Part shown: one piece after another, positions 26,334-39,212 of the stretch
How positions within the stretch are numbered: position 1 is the first letter of the stretch
Layout: each line of letters begins with the position of its first letter
Origin: Chlorokybus atmophyticus
Lineage: Eukaryota; Plantae; Mesostigma and Chlorokybus algae
DNA length: 64,000 bases
Direction of reading: 5' to 3'
Assembly (NCBI GenBank): GCA_009103225.1
Contig: RHPI01002438.1
Coordinates: forward strand, 124,001-188,000
Position numbers and translations under genes: made by a program
The notes under the pieces: model-generated
The model's database searches: none
Seen by the model: the letters and a program-made list of their open reading frames with translations, nothing else
What the model was told of the DNA's origin: nothing

Positions 26334-29300
26334 ATGGCCGCGGCGGCGGCGGCGCCTGCGGCGATGGAGGTTGACGAGGTGGTAGCCGGTTCTGCGGCTG
26401 CGAAGGTTTTGGCGCCGCAGGCCACCGCCAACGGCCCAGCGCCGTCGTCGGCTGCCCCGCTGTCGCTGTTTGGTACACGCCTCCGCTTGGTCTGTTGTGC
26501 TGCATGTGCTTTACTTTGTCGTGCTGAGCGTGGAGGATCGAGCATTCCCATTGTTGTGAGTAGTAACGCCTCATGTCACATGCAGTGCTGCGAACCATAA
26601 AGTCAATGCAGTCACAGCATGGCCTTCGTCACGGTGACTACCTCCGTTACAGGTCAGCGATTGCAACCACGTGTTGCATTGAGAGCATATGATTTCTTGT
26701 GGCATTGCATCGTGTCCAGTCTCAACATGCATTACAGACAAGCAAGTTGAGTGGCTCACAAGCTGATGTTTCTGATCAGGCTATGCAAGTGGCCGTGCAG
26801 TACACTGTTAACAGCAGTGGTTTGCACATTTGCACGTGCAGATAAGACTCACTTGCTCTCATGCAGACAGTACTGCACACGAAAATTACGACGCTTGTAC
26901 AAGTCCTTGAAGTTCTTGCATGGCCGTGGAAAGTATCAAAAGAAGACCTTGAAGCCAGCCGACGTCACAGATGTCAGGTATTGCTCCGGTAGCAAGGTTA
27001 CAGTATTCAGTGCAATTCCACTTTTCAACGGCTTGTTATTGGTAGACCTTCATTGCATACATGTGTTTGTCTATGCAGGCACTTGCACATTCTGCTTATG
27101 AATGCCGAGCGAGGTTGGGCGTACGGGATGGAGTTGAAGCAGCTAGCAGGCGGTCCAACACCCCAGCAGCGGTGGCATTTGGTCAAGCGGTTTGCTAAAG
27201 GCGCGCGTTGGGCAGAGCAGCTAGCCACAATGTGCGCTGCCAAGGCGGATTCGCGCTCTGTGCTAGAAGCAGAGGTGTTGTAGTCATGTAGTGTGCCATG
27301 CAGTGCTACAAGGCTTGCATGCGACTGTCACGCAGTGTTGAGCGTTGCAAGTGACATGTAAGCTATGCAGGCGTATCACTCATGGATGCTCGGGAATGTG
27401 CTGCTGGAGCGAGAGAATGACCTGGAAAGTGCCTTATCCAAGTTTGTTCGCGCAAGGCAAGGCGCTGCTACTCTGCTGTGTGAAGTAATTGTGTTTGTTT
27501 GTCGTGACTTGATGCCTACTGCCTCAGGACTGTGTATGATCAGTTGAGCACAGTCGGGTCTGCTGAGGACAGCTCGCTTTTTCGGCAACGATCTGAAGAA
27601 CTCGCTCCCCTCATTAAGTACTGCGAGTATAAGCTGGGGCGTGCGGGCAAAGGTGGCGATCTCAGCCAGTTGCGCACAATCGGGGATGAAACCGACGACG
27701 CAGGGACGACCGATCTGCTGCAGTCAAAGTTAGAGGTCTGCTACTTGGTGCATCGTAAGGCATGAAAGGATGCTTGCTAGTTGATCATCGTGTTAAAATT
27801 GGCGTTGTGGTGCAGGAAGTTATGGGCCAGATGCGATCGCAACAAGCGGCTGCTATGGCTGACATTGAATGGCGAGGTCGCAAGTTGCCTGTGCGCAAAG
27901 ATCAGACCCGTGTGTGCGTGCTCAAAGGTATGGTATAGCATGTTGTTTCGTGAAGTCTGCCACTGCTGTTGTAGACTTGTTTCAGCACACCATATTCCAT
28001 ATACTACAGGTGAGGAGCTTGTAACAGAGGCGAGAAAGGCTACCACGCTTGAAAAGAAGATGTCACTGTATGATAAGGCATTCATAGCATTCAGTGATGC
28101 GCGCCGACACATTAATGATGACATGGTACGCTCCTTGTGACTGGCATAGTTGTGCACTACTACTGGTTTGATCAGTGCATGCTTGCAGACAGAGGCATCC
28201 AGTGCTGGAGCAAGTTCTGATGCACGCGCTGAGCTGCAAGCGCTGTCATCAGCAGTCGCCGGCATGCTGTTGGAAAGGACCATTGAGCGCAACCTGCTCC
28301 TGGTGCGTGTTGCTCGCAGCAAGCTGCAGAGACAGAATGTGCTGTTGACATCCGTGGGAGAGGAGAAACTGGAAGAGAGGTCCAAAGATGAAAGGTCACG
28401 GGATCGCGACAAGGACAAAGCAAAGCCTCAGGACTTAGTGCGGCTCTACGATATCCTGTTACAGGTATGCAAGGTTGCATTGTTGAGGTGCATGATTTTG
28501 AGATGGGTTGCGAAGCTTGATGCTAGCGGTAAAGCGTGGTTGTGGGAACATTGCAGAATATTGCGGACCTATCAGAGACAGCCCTTGGAGACACTGGTGC
28601 CAAAGCCTATGCGGAGGAGTGTGCAGCGCGCAAGGCTGCCTTTACTGCAGAAAGGTTTGCAACTGCCCATGTCTTTGCCAGAGGCGATTGTAGCACGCCA
28701 TTCACGGACAGGTGCAAACCCCCGCGCGCCTCGCCCTTACAGGTGCTTCTACATTGGCTTGTCATATGCAGTTGAGAACCAGTATGCAGAAGCAGTCGCG
28801 CTGTTCAGCCGTGCTGAGGAGCGAGCTCAGACTGCCATAGCCCTGTTAAAGCAACACCGATCCTCTGATCAAGTAAGTTGGCAAGCATTAATGCCACTCT
28901 GCCACGTGTGTTTCGCCATCCAGCTTCTATCTGACATGAGGTTTCCGTATGTTTGCAGCAAAGCATATCAGATGTGGAAGAGTTGCTTAACAGGTGTCGA
29001 GCGCATAGGGCGTTTTCACATGCGCAAGGCTGCGCACAGCTTGCACACTCCAAGGACACTGTGCACAAGGGTGTGTCACAGATGTCTCTCAAAGATAAGA
29101 GCGGTGCAGATGCGACTCAGGTAGCAACTGTGTGCCTTTCAACAGTCAAGCTCATGTCAGGACATTTTAAATGAGCTACTTACATGTCTAACTGCTGCAG
29201 GAGAAGCCGCGGTTGCTTGTGGACGCACTGCAGGAGTACATAGCGGCATCTGCGAACCCGCAGCAAGGCGAGCCTTTGATAGCACAGTTGCCTCCACCAT

Positions 29301-29428
29301 TCCAAGCTGTACCCCACCGACCCATAGTGCTAGACACCGCATTCAATGCGATACAGTACCCCTCTCTGGCGCATCGCACAAAGAAAGCAGACAAAAAGAC
29401 TGGCCTTTTTGGGTGGTTCAGACGATAA
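26334..29428 (+). CDS. SRP68: Signal recognition particle subunit SRP68
   Basis: QSQHGLRHGDYLRYRQYCTRKLRRLYK, LMNAERGWAYGMELK, KAKPQDLVRLYDILLQ, PPPFQAVPHRPIVLDTAFNAIQYPSL, and C-terminus KKTGLFGWFRR*. Confidence 0.95.
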
Positions 29429-30065
29429 TAGTTGTTCAAGGCTTGTCGTCGTTCCATGGCGATGTTCTGGCAAGAGTGTTGTTTCAACTGCTTGTTGCGT
29501 GCAGAATTGCACAGTACTGATCACTGGTTATGCCCGCGCGCATGCATGAGCTGAAATGCGTACTTGCCCTAATGCGGACTATACTGGTCGATGGTGCAAA
29601 ACTCAGCTGCATGAGGCAAACGACCTAATGTCAAGGTGGGAGCAGTGCAGTGGGCTTGAGCTTCATTGTGCATGTTGCACGAGCTTCATGTCAATGGTGT
29701 TCTGTCTGCAATCAGTACACCAATGACTAATTTTACAACCCACTGCTACGTACATCTGGTAGGCTGAGACACCTTCTTATCACCTGCCTTCCCATCTGCA
29801 GCTTAACGTGTGCTTGATGGACTTGCAGCGTGAGAATTGTCCCACACTAAGAACGCTAGCTTGGTTATAAACACACCTACATCCAAGTTTATGTTGATAC
29901 TGCTAGTCAACATCATCGCCGCCGCAGGTGTGGAAAGATTGTGACGGACGCCTGCAGGAACAAGGAGTCCATGCATACTTGTCCAGTCAACATGATGCAA
30001 TAAACGCTGGTGATACGAAGCCGGCTCATGAAGCGAAAAGAGAACAGATGCCGCACGATTCGGTC

Positions 30066-33000
30066 TTACCGGTTCTCTAACAACCGGTAGCTTCCTTTAT
30101 GTAGCCTCTTGTCTGTTACCCAAGGGACGTAGAAGGCACGAGACAGTGCAGGAGATTGCCAGCTCAATACGAAGGGTTCCTCCGCAATCGCATCCCAATG
30201 GCCGCTGGCCGGTGCCTCAGTGTGGTCCTCCCACTGCAGGTCAATGAAAAACCCGCATTCGTCTGCGTTGGACACCTGCAGAGCAACTCAAAGTCTCAGT
30301 AGCAGAAGTAGCCACAACACAGGGTTGTGGGAGTGAAGCTGCATGGAAATGGCAGCGACGGTGCAACACCTTGTGAGGATCCAAGCCATGCACTCATAGT
30401 GACACATGCACAATAGCAATATGTACCTTGCTGGCAGAGAAATTGTGCCATGCCATGCAATCTACAGTCACGAAGCTACGCGAAGCAGTACAGCAGCTTA
30501 CAAACTGGTGTGAATGTGCTTTATTCTGGTTGTTGAAGTAGCCAGGTGCTGCTCTGGTACCGCCGAGCGTGTCGTTGAATGGGAAAGGCAGCAGCCCATC
30601 AAACCCAGACGAGACGAATACCAAGCGATGGTGTGGGCTGGGCAGAAAGAATGATGAAGGGAACCGGTGCCACTCGCTGCCCACACACACCAGAGCTGCA
30701 AACACCACCATGTTGTCAGGCATTCATTATACAAGAGAAGACAGCAGGCCCTTTGGTACAGGATAGAACGCAAAAGCAACGACTGCAATGGCTTTACTCG
30801 CTCACTTTGATTTGTTGGGGCTGGAAAGTCTGCCAGATGACGGTAGACTGCCATTGGCGCGCCGTAGTTTAGAAGGATCGCGGCTGCTCGGGACGCGCTC
30901 AGCAGCGCGATGACACCGATGGCAGTGTACCGCGCAGATTGGTAGAGCTGCATATGCACACGCAATAAGAAGAACCAACTTTGCTAACGTTGCATGCAAG
31001 GGTCTCCAGTCACCACAAATGGTCATGAATTGCAGTGGAAATATTGCTGGTACAAGGACACTACCATGGATTCTGTCTGCAGTGCCTTTCGCCAGTACTG
31101 CAGCAGCCTTATGAGATAGATGATGGTTCCAGCAGCGGCCACACAAATGAGGGGATATACAACGTACATGAACCTGCGCAGTTGGACCGGTAAGGGTGTG
31201 GCTGAGCGCCGCGCATTGCTAAAACTTTAGCAGCTTGTGCTGTGTCGTACCGCTCTTCTTTGTGCGGGATTCTAGACATGAAGGTGAACCACACATAGAA
31301 GGGTGCTACGGTTGCCAAGACCTTGGGCATGTGCAGAGATGGATGATATCGTCTCACGTACACGTCTAGCTGCAAGACCATGGTGATGATGAGCGCATGC
31401 TTTCAGCTTTCGTTGGTACCAGATCACAACAACATGCCAATTGATGACCTTACCAGTGGAAACACAAGTGCAAGAGGAAGGGCCAGATTGAAATTGTTGA
31501 AGGCATTGCGCATGTAAAACAGCGAGCCCTCGACACCGTACAGGCTGGAGTCACCACCACCGGCTACATTGTATCTGCAAGAAAAGAAACCTGTACATCA
31601 GGATGCATGACTTGTGCGTGGCAGACGACAATCAGCGCAACTTCCGTATCATCATTACATCAAGACACGCCCTCCACGCGCACTCAACGGACGCTGCTGA
31701 ACACTTGCCAAGCCTCCTCACCTGAGCAGGTTGAACTGGGATACCAGCAAACGGCCATAGTAGTATGCATCTGCCAGTGCTGAAGGCACCTGCAATGTAG
31801 ACAAAACAACATCACAACATTGACAGACAACATGACTGCCAGTTGTTGCAAAGCCAGCGGAAGCTGACAGTCAGCGCAGCATTGCAAGCTGACACTGCGT
31901 ACAGCCACTTGTGGCTCACCATTATAGTGACAAAGGCCACCGCAGCAGTCAAGACTGCCTTGAGCACACTTTCTCCATAAACCAGCATGCACAGCCCTAT
32001 GGGTGCGGCAGCCAAGGCAGCAAACGGCCAGCCGATCAGCACGCCCGCTGCAGCTGCGAAAATGGCTGCCTTGGGCCGCCGTTGCAGCATGCATGCGGCC
32101 GCCAGCGTGATGCCATACATTGCGAATGTTGAGGGCAGAAAGGCTGAGAGGAATAATGATGTCAAGCAAACAGATGGTGTAGGCACACGCACAAGCATGC
32201 GCACACACGCACACATACTCGCACGCATGACGGTCCGCACACTTGTATGATCGCTTGCACATACACGCACACATGCGCGTGCGAGCGTTAGCACATGATC
32301 CATTGTCAAGCATACATTACCAGTACTGGCGAAGAGCATCCCTGCTGATGTGTACAGCAGCAGCAGCGTGGACTCGCCTAACTCGTTGTCTATCTTGGCA
32401 AGGGCGACGACCAAAGCAGACTCCACTGCAGCGGATGTGGCACCAAGCACAGCACGCAGCCAGTAGAAGGTCGCCACCTGCAGTTGCACTCACTTTTAGA
32501 TTTTGCAAACATGACTGCAGTCTGATCCACTACTGCATGTGCCAGCCGTTGCTACTGGCTAGGCAATCCTCACACAGCTGCCATGTCGGACCTTGTGACA
32601 ACCTTATGAATGCCGTCGCCATTCCACAGCTGCGCGGGAAATGCCAGTGCTTTGTGCGACAACAGGTACCCATACGAGCGAAGACCAAACTCTGCGCTGC
32701 AGACAGCTTATCAGTTAACAAGACGCCAACCCTTGTATGACTGCATAGTCCTTGCACACATGCACACACGCATACCTGTATTCCCATGTTTGGAGGCCGT
32801 AACCGTGCATCAGGTAATGCAGCGGTTCCCAGTAGTTGAACGTCTCGTCGCAATCATGTATGATGTTTGCAACCGCGCTAAAAAGGCGCACCGTCAAAAG
32901 CATGCCGAAGCAGCTTGACCATGTCAATGCATGCTCCTGAGCAGGTAAGGCAATGCGTTAAAGAAACACGAGGCATACACATTACCGGCGTGCGCACAGC

Positions 33001-33563
33001 TAAACACTGTGTAATATTGTGTAACGCAAGTGCATTGCCGCGTTTAAACCTGGGAAGCTTGCATGTTGCTGTTGTACTGACTAACTATGTTACCTTCAGC
33101 ATTTGTGATTCTCGAAACTGCAGCTGTACTGTTGGAGCATGGTTTTGGCTGCTGGTAGCGTCACAATCCTGCCAGCCATGCAACCATACAACTGAGCCAT
33201 TGCACACAATGAACAGCTGTGCACAAGCCCCCTGCTGTGCATGCTGTGCATCAAAATTAACGGCCACTGACGGCGCATGCGCCAATGTCAGGAGGTTGAG
33301 TGACAGCAACAACACCTACGAAATACGCATGATTGCACTGTACAGGATTGATTGTACTTGTTGAAATAGACCACAGAAGGCCTGCAGCTTTGCAACGGGA
33401 ACCCAGTGCACCGGATCAGACCGTGCATGCTACTTCCACAGCAACACGTCAGGCAATGTTCACTTGGAAAATCCTGCTCTCCTGATTAAAGCCTAATCAC
33501 CTGCTGGCCTGAGCTTGCGGCCCTGCCGCCTCCACCGACTTCTTGCCTCCGGCCCCCCGCCAT
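30066..33563 (-). CDS. ALG9: Dol-P-Man-dependent alpha-1,2-mannosyltransferase (ALG9, GT22)
   Basis: ANIIHDCDETFNYWEPLHYL, QTWEYS..FGLRSY, FLPSTFAMY, GVLIGWPF, PHKEERFMYVVYP, VCVGSEWHRFPSSFFLP, GFDGLLPFPFN. Stop at 30066-30068. The first exon junction is less certain. Confidence 0.93.
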
Positions 33564-33604
33564 GCCCTGCCTCGCCCAGGCTTAACCACCTCGCAAGCAC
33601 GGTT

Positions 33605-33745
33605 GCTGCCAGTGTTCGCCACTAGTCTCCTGTGGTATACTGGCAAGATGCCAGTATACGACTGGCACAATTGCCAGTAAGCCAGTGTGCAACGTGCCGT
33701 TTGCACGCCAGGACCATCATGCCAGCAAGCTACTGGTAGTGGCAC
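33605..33745. repeat. Cluster of TGCCAG/CTGGCA motifs with two hairpins in the ALG9/P450 bidirectional promoter
   Basis: GTATACTGGCA-aga-TGCCAGTATAC (33635-33659), ACTGGCA-caat-TGCCAGT (33661-33678), plus further GCCAG copies. Confidence 0.8.
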
Positions 33746-33880
33746 TGTGTGCCATCCGTGCACACTCTGTGCAGTGTCAAAGGTCTGGTGCAGCGACGGT
33801 ACTGGCGCACACGCAGCCTCCCATGCTGCGCAGGCGGTAGGCGGCGGCGGCGGCGGCGGTGGTGGGGGCGGTGGGCGGCG

Positions 33881-36800
33881 ATGGCGCTCTTCGCCAGGGG
33901 GGCGGGCGCCTTACGACGCCAGGTGACGGCGTCTGCAGCTGCGAGCGTTGTCGGCGTCACCTCTTGCAGCCGCGGTATGGGCGTTGCTGGGTTGGGTGGT
34001 TGTTAGCTTAGCTTGTGCAAGCAGCAGTGTTTGTTGGCTGAGTGTGCGCTGCTCAGAGGAGGAGTGTTAGTCTGTTGCTTGGTTGCTGTCGGATGTTGTA
34101 CTGTTGCTTGCCAGTGAGCTTCTGTCTTGCAACTGCAACGTGCATCATTAGGCGCCTGGTTCTTTGTTGCTTGTCAAAGCCTAGTTGTGTTGTGCCTTCT
34201 TGTTTCAACAAAAATATAACCGGCAGCACAGGTGTTAGCGTCGTACTGCTGATGGTGTGCATTGACTTGACACGGTGTGTCAATTCAATCTGTACCACTC
34301 TGCATACCTACTAGCGAAGCTTGTTGAGAAAATGCTCGGACAACTTTGTGCATGCACGTGCGTGTGCACCAGCGCGCAAGTGGGGTCACCTTTGTGTGTG
34401 TACTTGCGTGTTGTTAGAATACCGTTCAACCCGGAAGCGATGCTTGTGCTCAGGGAGAAGGGGCAGGGTGGAGATGCGTGCTTGAATTCGTTGCTGATTG
34501 TTGATGTTGGAAGCTTGCTCTGGGGTAGCTGCGCAGCAGCGTAGCACATGCCCGCAGAGGCCATAAAGACTATCCTGATTGACTTTGAACATTGCCATGT
34601 TCGCACAGACTCCTGTGCGCTACCCCCGTATGTGCGATTTGCTGCCTCCTCCAGCACGGCCACAGCGGATGTCCACATCGGTGCGCACACCCACAGCGGG
34701 CCGCCATCACTGAAGCCGATGAGTGAGATACCGGGGCCGCGTGGGCTGCCATTCGGTCTTGGCATCACGCTCCGAGCCGTCAAGCACCTCGGCAACCTCA
34801 CTGAGCTGCACAAAGAGCTGCGCAAGGAGTATGGCGATATTGTACAGTACACGGTGAGTGCATTGTAACGTGTGTGCACACGCGCAGGACTGTACGCACG
34901 AGCTTCTTGTTGGTGGTTTTGTTGTTTACTGGATGTAAGTATGCTCTTCATCAGCTGTTGCCTCAAACGGCTGTTCCTTGATCTAGTACATGAGGTACAC
35001 TGTCGTACGGTGTTCTTAAGCAAGGCTCTCTCTCATGCCTGCAGCTTACAGTGTCTGGTCATAGTTGGCAGGCTTGCACACCGTACATGTGTTTGACACA
35101 GCGTCTATTGAAGCTGTCTTTCGCAACGAAGGGCGGAATCCACAGAGACCGCTCATTGATTTCTGGAAAGACTACAGGTGTGGCCCTGGTCCCTTGACAT
35201 ACATGTGCTGCTGGTGAGTGGCGAGACAGGTGTGGTATGTCGCCGGATGACATGGGTGTTGCACAGAGTGCAGCGGGATCTAGCCTTAGGCATGGTGTTG
35301 GCGGATGGAGATGAATGGCGTCGCATGCGAATCCCCACGCAAAAGCAGCTTATGGATCAGGCAGGCACTCTCTGTTGCGTCATGACCATATGAACAGTTT
35401 GGTGTTGAAGCCTGTTATTGCTTTCTTGCTGCCTACTGCAAGCACTGTGTGCTAGCGTCACTTGGGTGAGACAGGTACACATGGCTTTCATTGGCAGGCA
35501 GTTATAGCTTCATGGGTGGCACCGGTTTCTGAGGTGGCATCCGAGTTTGCGAACTACATCCGGCGTGAGGTTGATGCCAATGGGGTACTCGTGGACATGC
35601 AGAAACGGGTACGTGCCCTGTCATTGTGCTCATCTTGCGCATGCGTGTTATCCACATATAAAGTGCGTGATGGGTTTGCAACTTGTATGTGTTACTCAGG
35701 TTGCTCTCTACACCATGGAGACGATTGTGCGCCTTGTGCTGGGCCGCACGATGCACGCGCTTGGCCCGGCCACTCCAGCGCCTGAAGTGGGCGAGTTCAT
35801 CGCTGCTGCGCGGAATATGTTCGCCTACACAGAGAAAGTGATGTTTGGTCTGCCGCTTCACAAGCTCTACAAGACAGCCAATTATAAGGTACTGCTTCCT
35901 TGTCAACTGCGTAAAATCCATTATTCATTTAAACACCATTGCCTTGCCAGCGTGTTGCGCTGATTAAATCCGTGCTTGCTAAAAACGTTTATGCTGCTTA
36001 CCATCGTGAGATAGGGGTTGGAGAAGGCTTGGGATGACATGTTTCGCATTGCCGGCACCATGGTGCGCGAGCGCATTGCTCGCTTTGAGCGCGAGGGTGG
36101 TGCCGTTGTGGACGACCTGTTGAGCAGCCTGCTGGCCTCAGGCTCGGATCTCACTGTCAAAGAACATGTTGTCAACGGGTATGCTGTTGTTGCTCTCTGC
36201 AGATGCTCGAATTGCTCACGAATGCGTTATGCTCTATGTAAATGACGCAAGATTACGCATGAGGTTGAATTATTGTATTGGTCACAGTGTGGACATGGTG
36301 TCTGGTGGTGTCGACACCACATCAGTCTCCATCACATGGTGCCTATACCATCTTGCAAAGAACCCCGACGTTCAACAGGTGTGCTTGAGAATTGAGGGTC
36401 CACATAATTTGACTACATCAATCTGTTCAGCTGGACTTTTGGCAATGCGACACATGCAGGACACCTGTGTTACCATGAGGCACATGTGCAAGCCTATCAC
36501 ACTGGGTTTGATGCCACTCAAGTTGTGGTTGTGTGCGTTCGTGACTTGCAGCAAGTGTACAATGAGGTGGCCTCGGTGCTGGGCGATCGGGAGGTGGTGA
36601 CAGCAGCGGACCTGCAGCACCTGCCGCTAGTAAAGGCCGCTGTCAAGGAGACCATGCGGCTGACCCCTGTTGTGCCACAGCACGGTCGGATACTAGTGTC
36701 CGACATTGAGTTGAATGGCTACCTCATACCCAAGGCAAACACAGCGTGGAAGTTCTGCTCGCAGCGGGTCTGGCTTAGCCAGAAAATACTGTCAGGTTAA

Positions 36801-37340
36801 CTTACTAAACCAACATCAACCGTGCAGGGGACCTCTATCACCATCGACGCTTATCATGTTGGCCATGACCCCAACTTGTTTAAAGACCCAGACAGGTATG
36901 CTGGGTGTAGGAATGGAAGTGTCTGGTCTTGCCGCTGTGCGTGCCAGTTTGTTTGTGGCACGCATACACGCATATGCACGCACACATTTGTTTGTGCGAC
37001 ACAGGTTTTACCCCCAACGCTTTCTCGGCAAAGACAAGCAGCATTCGCCATTCGCTACCATACCGTTCGGGCACGGCGCTCGCCGCTGCATTGGGTCGTA
37101 CCTGGCGTTGATGGAGACGCATGTGGCCGTCGCGTGCTTGTTGCAAAAGTAAGTGCTACAGTGTGGACCAGCTTTCCAGGTTTTGTAAGTACACCAGTCG
37201 CTGTGTGCGTTTAGCTGAACACAACCATGTTACCATGCAGGTTTGAGTTGCTTCACCACGGGCCGCCTGTGGGCACGCGTACTGCGCTCACTATCTTGCC
37301 AGACAGGTCTGTTGATCTTGAGTTCCGTGCCAGAACGTAG
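33881..37340 (+). CDS. Cytochrome P450, mitochondrial-clan-like, with predicted mitochondrial presequence
   Basis: N-terminus MALFARGAGALRRQVTASAAAS; KPMSEIPGPRGLP; VHVFDTASIEAVFRNEGRNPQRP; GDEWRRMR; I-helix SGGVDTTS; LPLVKAAVKETMRLTP; GYLIPKGT; FYPQRF; heme motif PFGHGARRCIG. Stop at 37338-37340. Confidence 0.93.
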
Positions 37341-37501
37341 CCTTCTTACACTAGGTAGCTCATTGATTCCTTCATTGGTTTGCATACCGTGTCCACACAG
37401 TCAATCAGGGTTTGCGGTTGCTACTTATAGCACGTTGAGTATGAAGACTTATCACCAGTTGTGCTATTGGTAGTGTACAGAATATGCACGTAATGTATGC
37501 A

Positions 37502-37564
37502 ACATGCACGACACATGCAGACACTTGCACGACATGCACGACACATGCAGACACATGCAGACAC
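37502..37564 (+). repeat. 10-11-bp minisatellite (ACATGCA[C]GAC) x6
   Basis: acatgcacgac acatgcagac acttgcacgac atgcacgac acatgcagac acatgcagac. Confidence 0.9.
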
Positions 37565-38067
37565 AACCACAACCACACTCACCTCTATCACGACCACCGG
37601 GCTAGGTGCACACTACCTACTACTTACTTACACTACTCTACTGCCCAACCCTGTCAGTCTGCAAGCATGCATTACCTGCCACATCGCTAGTGTGTGGAGG
37701 TGTAGCATTCATTGGGGTCAATCTAACAAGAGGTAAACAATTGCTGGCACAGTGTTCTCCAGTCCATTGTGTATCACGTGCTGCAATCGCTTGCAGCAAG
37801 CGGTGAGCTTGAGAGTGCGTCGATGCCACAAAAGTTGTTGGTCCACAGTCTGACCACCATAGTATACAGGATAAGCGCGACAATGTTGTAGGCATGCAAT
37901 TTAACGCCATGCATCACCTGCAATTGTTGTCACGCACCTCCATGCTGCACACATGCAACCATGTATGCTAGCGCTAGATCACAGCCCCTCGGTCCTGCGG
38001 CTGTTCTCTGTGATGCACCTATTCGCAATGGCATGCATGCCGCTGGCAACTTGTTAACTATAGTTAG

Positions 38068-39212
38068 AGAACATCATTAGGTACTCACCAATTGTTTTGT
38101 CACTCTGCCTGCTTCTATTCTCTTGTGTTTGATCGTATGCATTGGGTCCCAGTCGTTCATATGCTGGCCTGGCAAAGGTGTCACACCAGCGGTCCGGGAG
38201 GGGCCAACTTCCTCGTTGATGCCTACATTCAGACATCCTTCCCGCGCTACCAGCATTAGAAGGCATTTCAATTAGCTATGCCTACGGCTAGGCATCGATC
38301 CCGGCTACCGGCATGAGTCCCGCGCGACATTAAGGAGTTGTGAGTCATCTCTCGTAGGTACCCAGTATAGCCGTACTAGCTGATCCGCTGTGAGGTTGAC
38401 TTAGGCCTAATCCGGGTCATTTCGTAAACTAGCCATTATCTTAGCACTGATTAGTTGTCACTTGACTATAAAGGCTTAAGACTTCAATCTATGTACATTG
38501 ATGACACTGTAAGTCAGAATTGAAACCTTAAGGATTCAGAAGTATGGACATCAATCTTCAGAGTGTTGAAAACTTGCTCTCTGGGAGTTGTGGCTTAATG
38601 TGGCTGCATCACCTCGCCCCCCCGGTTGCTAAGACGCATCTACACTTGAGAGAGTGCAGTGTATACACACGTGCATTGCTTGTCACTTGATGTGATTGTG
38701 GTTGCGTGGGTGCACGCTGTGTAGTCCGCATCAGAGTGTGGTATCCACATGTCGCCGCATTCATACACCTCACTTAACAGTGGAATTATTCAACCTCATG
38801 CAAGGAACTGTATAAGCAGCACTTCCTCTAGTAGTGGCTTGTTGACTTGTTCTCTTTGGCATTGTCGGCAACGCACTTCATCACGCAGAGCTCATAGCAC
38901 CAGAGCGTATCACATGTTGGCATCGTCATCACATGTGTTCCACACACAAGTAGCTATAGGTACAAACAGGGGGGTATTCTTCGCCTTCCACGCTGTGCAA
39001 CTACACCAACCGACACTCCACAAGGCTGGCATCAGTCCCCGATATGGCAATACAGCAGGGATTGACCCGGAGGAGCACACGACCCTACCAGGCCTGACAA
39101 AGTGCGTGAAGAACAGCATCAGGTGCTCACAGATTGTCACTCTGCGTGCTTTTATTCTCTTCCGTTTGCTCGTGTGCATTCGGTCCCAATAGTGCATCTG
39201 CTGCCCTGGCAA
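38068..39212 (+). repeat. Degenerate ~105-bp direct repeat pair (38068-38175 and 39110-39212), possible TE relic
   Basis: Manual alignment gives roughly 80% identity with one 5-nt indel. Confidence 0.75.

Noticed and set aside
29839-29871. USE-like GTCCCACACT plus TATAAA (snRNA promoter)
   Set aside because: The spacing of about 17 bp fits neither plant Pol II nor Pol III snRNA promoters, and no snRNA-like sequence follows.
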